DNA from: Basidiobolus meristosporus CBS 931.73
Taxonomy: Eukaryota; Fungi; Basidiobolomycota
Length of the DNA stretch: 64,000 nt
Reading direction: 5' to 3'
Assembly: GCA_002104905.1 (NCBI GenBank)
Contig: MCFE01000141.1
Location: 1-64,000 of the forward strand
This document shows, one piece after another, positions 60,130-64,000 of this stretch (position 1 is its first letter; every line of letters starts with the position of its first letter). Below the pieces are notes generated by a model. That model saw only the letters and a list, made by a program, of their open reading frames with translations. It did not search any database and was not told where the DNA came from. The translations under genes were made by a program, and so were the position numbers.

Positions 60130-60900
60130 CAAGCATTGTGAGCTCCATGGAAGATGGTGGCATTGTACTGGTGAATGCAAAGACATTACCAAGCAGTCAA
60201 AATATCAGGAAATACCTCAGAGAAGCAGCAAAATACTAAAACTAATAATCCATACACTGATAACATATGTCTCAGCTGTGGAAAGATGGGACATATATCA
60301 CCTGCCTCTTCAGAGAAGAGCTCTACAACTGGCAAAAGTTACTCAGGTCCTATATGATCACTCAATCAATGATATCAGAGGGTATGAGGAAGTTACAAAG
60401 AGCTTACAGCTCAAGATTATAACAACCTTTTTGAATTTCTGGCCAAAAATTGCAAGTGATCGAGAAAAGAAGCAACCAAACATGCAGCTAAAACCCACAA
60501 AGGTACCACTGACCCTGAATGGTCATTCATATGTAGTTCTATTGGATACTGGATCATTCAACTCTATGGTATTACCTAATAAAGTCAAAGAACTCAGATT
60601 GGAAATTGAAAAACAACTAGGAAAAATATGCTTGCAGCCATGGATCTCTCTGCCCTAAGAGCTGGTATTTCTGACCCAGTCAATATAAGTTGTAGGTCAG
60701 TAATTATAATTCATCAAATTAAAGTTATGGATGTTTCAAAAGGCCATCAGGTAGTCATTGGCTTAAACGCCTACACTATACTTGGCTTTCACATAGGTGG
60801 AGTGGCAGTTTCCTATCATGAAATCACTAAATCCCTGCAACTCATCATGTATCAGATTCCAGAACTATCTCAATTTGGTTGAGTGTTTCATCTTCTACTA
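60130..60900 (+). mobile_element. Ty3/Gypsy gag-protease relic
   Basis: CLSCGKMGH knuckle (~60268); VLLDTGS aspartic-protease motif (~60540). Confidence 0.8.
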
Positions 60901-61349
60901 CAGATTTGCTGGCCTCATCCAAGATAATCTTTGTGATATCTTCAACCCTCACATTGGGAATGGCTGGGTCCTGCAAGTACATTGTTTATAAACTGCACCA
61001 ATCCAATTCATTGACCAGGTTGAGTTGTACAACTTGTTCTAGTCTTGATAAAGTGTCAGCAACCATGTTATGTCTCCCGGGGCAGCAAGCAATCTCCAGG
61101 TCAAGTTGCTGAATGTATTACCTAAGAGTATATAACTTTATATTGAAGAGCTTTCCTAACTTGGTGTCAGAGTTGTATTGCTTCAACAGGATAATTAATA
61201 CTTATCATCTTAAAGAATAAATATTAGGTCAACTTTGAATACTGCTTTGTGTCATGTTCCTTTCATCCAGTGCACTTGTTGTGTTGCAACCGGTTATTAG
61301 CACTAATTGCCTTGATATACTGCAAAGATGACTGCTACAAGCAAATAGA

Positions 61350-63450
61350 CCTATACAAACATCTTCTATGTATAGGAGTGCTTTGTTGGGAAGAACTACA
61401 GACATTGAGAGTCAAGATGGAGATCAACTTAAATTAAGAAGACTTAGGAATATAGTAGTGGGAAATTAGTTGGATCCAAAGAAACAGCAGAAGTAAGCAG
61501 CTTCAAGAGAAGGAGAGAAAGGCCTCTGCCATACATATGAGTGCTTAAGTATCCAGTACTGAACAAGTTCATGACACTGGTGCTGTCAGAGCTGCCTGGA
61601 AAATCTTGGAAAAGATCTTTAGTGGAGTGTCAGTTTAATGCTAGCATTATCTAAGGTGGAGTTCATCAACATCAGGAAGAAACTAGGGGCTAACATGCTA
61701 CTTTAAAAGTCTAGACATAAGAGTTGTATAGGAGCAGGGTTTTTAGCAAGTATTGTTTTATTAATGCTTAAACTGATTTTTGTTGAGGTTCCTGCAGCTC
61801 CTTACCACTCATTGTTAGAATGGATGCACTTTTGGAAGAGCTTATGGTAGCAATACTGGTGCAAATGAGGAAGAAAAGAAACACTGTCTACTTTGTAGTA
61901 TACCAGTCAGGTATAAGATATCCATATTCTCTTTTGAAGGCAGGGAAGACAACCTGCTCTAGAATATGTCAACGCAAGGCTGCCTCATGAAGAACCCTCA
62001 TCTAATGATTAGCAGAAATCAGTGATGTTACATTCTTCAGCTCAGAAAGGCATGTGGCAACTAAGTCAAGGCAGCAGAATCAGAGAAAGTGTGTTGCTCT
62101 AAATACTGTAAGAGGCCAGAAACTGATCAATGGTATGCAAAGAGAACCAAGCAGATGTACAACAGAAACCAGAATATGCTAAATATACAATTAGAGTAGA
62201 ACAGCTGTTAGTAACAGTACAAATGAGTACAAACAACTGCAGTGATGAGCAGCATATTGACTCTTGAGCATTGCAGCATATAAGTGGTATAGAGGGGTAG
62301 CTTGGCTAATTAAGGACTATTCTTGCAACAAAAGCTTACTTGGGAAACAGCTCTGACCTGGAAGATGCTGCTAGCAGTACTGTACAGCTAAACATTAGAG
62401 ATATCTTAGTGGCTAACAGAGTAAACTGACTGACATAGTTGATGCACCAGAAATATGTAACAACCTACTCACAGTGTGTAAAGCAATACTGAGCAACTGC
62501 AGTTTGTATTTCCCAAGCCCATTTGCTCAGTTTTGAGCCAAAATGGGCAAAATTTGCTTTGGAACTCAGAGATCACAATATATATTATCTACAATTAAAG
62601 ATCATTGTACCTGAGTATATTGACACAGTTGAAGCTTATGAAGCTGACTGGTAGGTGGGGCATTGGATGCTGGTATATACAGGGTAGTAGTAAATGTGCA
62701 ATTAATGCAAACATCTTGCTTTGCACCTAAATTATTCAAATCTGACTAAGTTGAGTGTCTGTCAGGATGCTCATACAGCCATCAAGCTAGGTAGCATTTC
62801 AGGAGCTGTCAATACCACCAATATAATGGCTACTGTGCACTCATGCACATGTGGTCCTATGAGACCATTGTCTTTTGGAACTAAGGAATACTTTTATGGC
62901 ATCTGTTGATGACAAGAATTGATATGCCTAGCTGTACTTCCAAAAGTCAAAGAATAAGGCTCTGGAGATATATAAGCACTTCACACACATGAAGATGACA
63001 TTTAAGGGATATACTGTTGTAAGTAGCTGGAAGGTACTGCTCATCTACTGGAATACTGCAACAGACCACTTTTACACATACTCCACAGCAAACAAGTAGT
63101 AGAGTGGGCAAAAAGCATAATTATAGCAATAGGGAGATTTAAACAATATGACAAGGAAACTGAACACATATTCAGGGGTAAGTCTGTTGATACCACATTA
63201 TACATTGAAAATAGATGACAAATAACAGAGCTTTGTAACTCTATCAATGTTGCGGTCAAAACAGGCAAGAAGCCAGAGGTGTAGTACCTCCTGATTATTG
63301 GCAGTGATGTGTTCTGTCACATCCAGGACAAAAAACGCTCAAGATTGGAGCCAAAGTACAGAAAAGGAGTCTTTTATGGTATTGCAAGGATACTCAAGGC
63401 TTAGAGTGTAAGAAGGTAAAATGCTCCAGCTGATAAGGAGCAAGGACATT
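61350..63450 (+). mobile_element. Highly degenerate Copia relic of a second family
   Basis: gag-like RVKMEINL; integrase-like HSCTCGPMRPLSFGTKEYF; KRSRLEPK. Confidence 0.6.
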
Positions 63451-64000
63451 ACATTTGAGGATAATCTGATCTGAAAGTCACCAAGACCATTGGTCAGCTG
63501 CCTACATATGCAATTGCCACTGCTGAAGAGTATATATACCTACTATAGCTAGATATGGACGATAATTCTCTCAGTTCCAGTTCATAATAGAATATCTTAG
63601 TTGGGGGTCCCATCACAATAAGCAATGCTCTTGGATCTTGGTGGTGCACTTTCACTTACTATGAAGAAGCTTATCTGGCCCTGCATGCCCAATCACAAAA
63701 TTCACAACAGGCAATGCAAAGTCTGGATGCTACAATGTTGCCATAGTCTGCTGCTTGAATAATTAAACTAGATCAGTTTAAAGGTGAATCAATCCATTTG
63801 TGGACCCTATCCATATTCTAGTGTAGACTATCAAATCCGTAGTATTAATCAGCATATGAATCAGCAAATCATTGTCACACAGAAATGGGTATATTAAATA
63901 GGTTTTAATTTGGTGATAAAGATGCTATCAAATAAATCTTCAGCCTTGCCTACATGAGGAACAACAATTAGTCAGCACTTGATCAGGCAAAATGTATATA

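Noticed and set aside
1-64000. tRNA/rRNA genes
   Set aside because: No cloverleaf or rRNA signature recognised by eye; tRNAscan-SE/barrnap would be needed to exclude them

Overview
Eukaryotic, almost certainly fungal DNA: short GT..AG introns with CTAAC-type branch sites, a Cts1-like chitinase, Kre9/KNH-type GPI proteins and a Gap1-like RasGAP. An early-diverging lineage is plausible but not provable from this window. There are two sharply different halves. (1) 1-26.3 kb is CpG-rich and gene-bearing. It holds a tandem array of an unrecognised intronless ~450-aa ORF (3 copies with different C-termini plus a spare C-terminal cassette), an intact GH18 chitinase present in only one repeat unit, a Rieske-domain gene, two GPI/Ser-Thr wall-protein paralogues, a multi-Myb protein, an SBDS-N/Rtc3-like gene and RasGAP. 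(2) 26.4-64 kb is a CpG-depleted, nested transposon graveyard: LINE RT relic, Ty1/Copia with 348-bp LTRs, Ty3/Gypsy relics, 1071-bp solo LTRs, 211-bp MITEs and ~720-bp foldback elements. The most striking hidden feature: removing a Copia element with a TTTTA target duplication (44153-51068) rejoins a ~200-codon minus-strand MutS domain II-III fragment. It resembles giant-virus MutS7 more than fungal MSH genes and is a candidate relic of an endogenised giant virus. All assignments are by eye; no database search was run.
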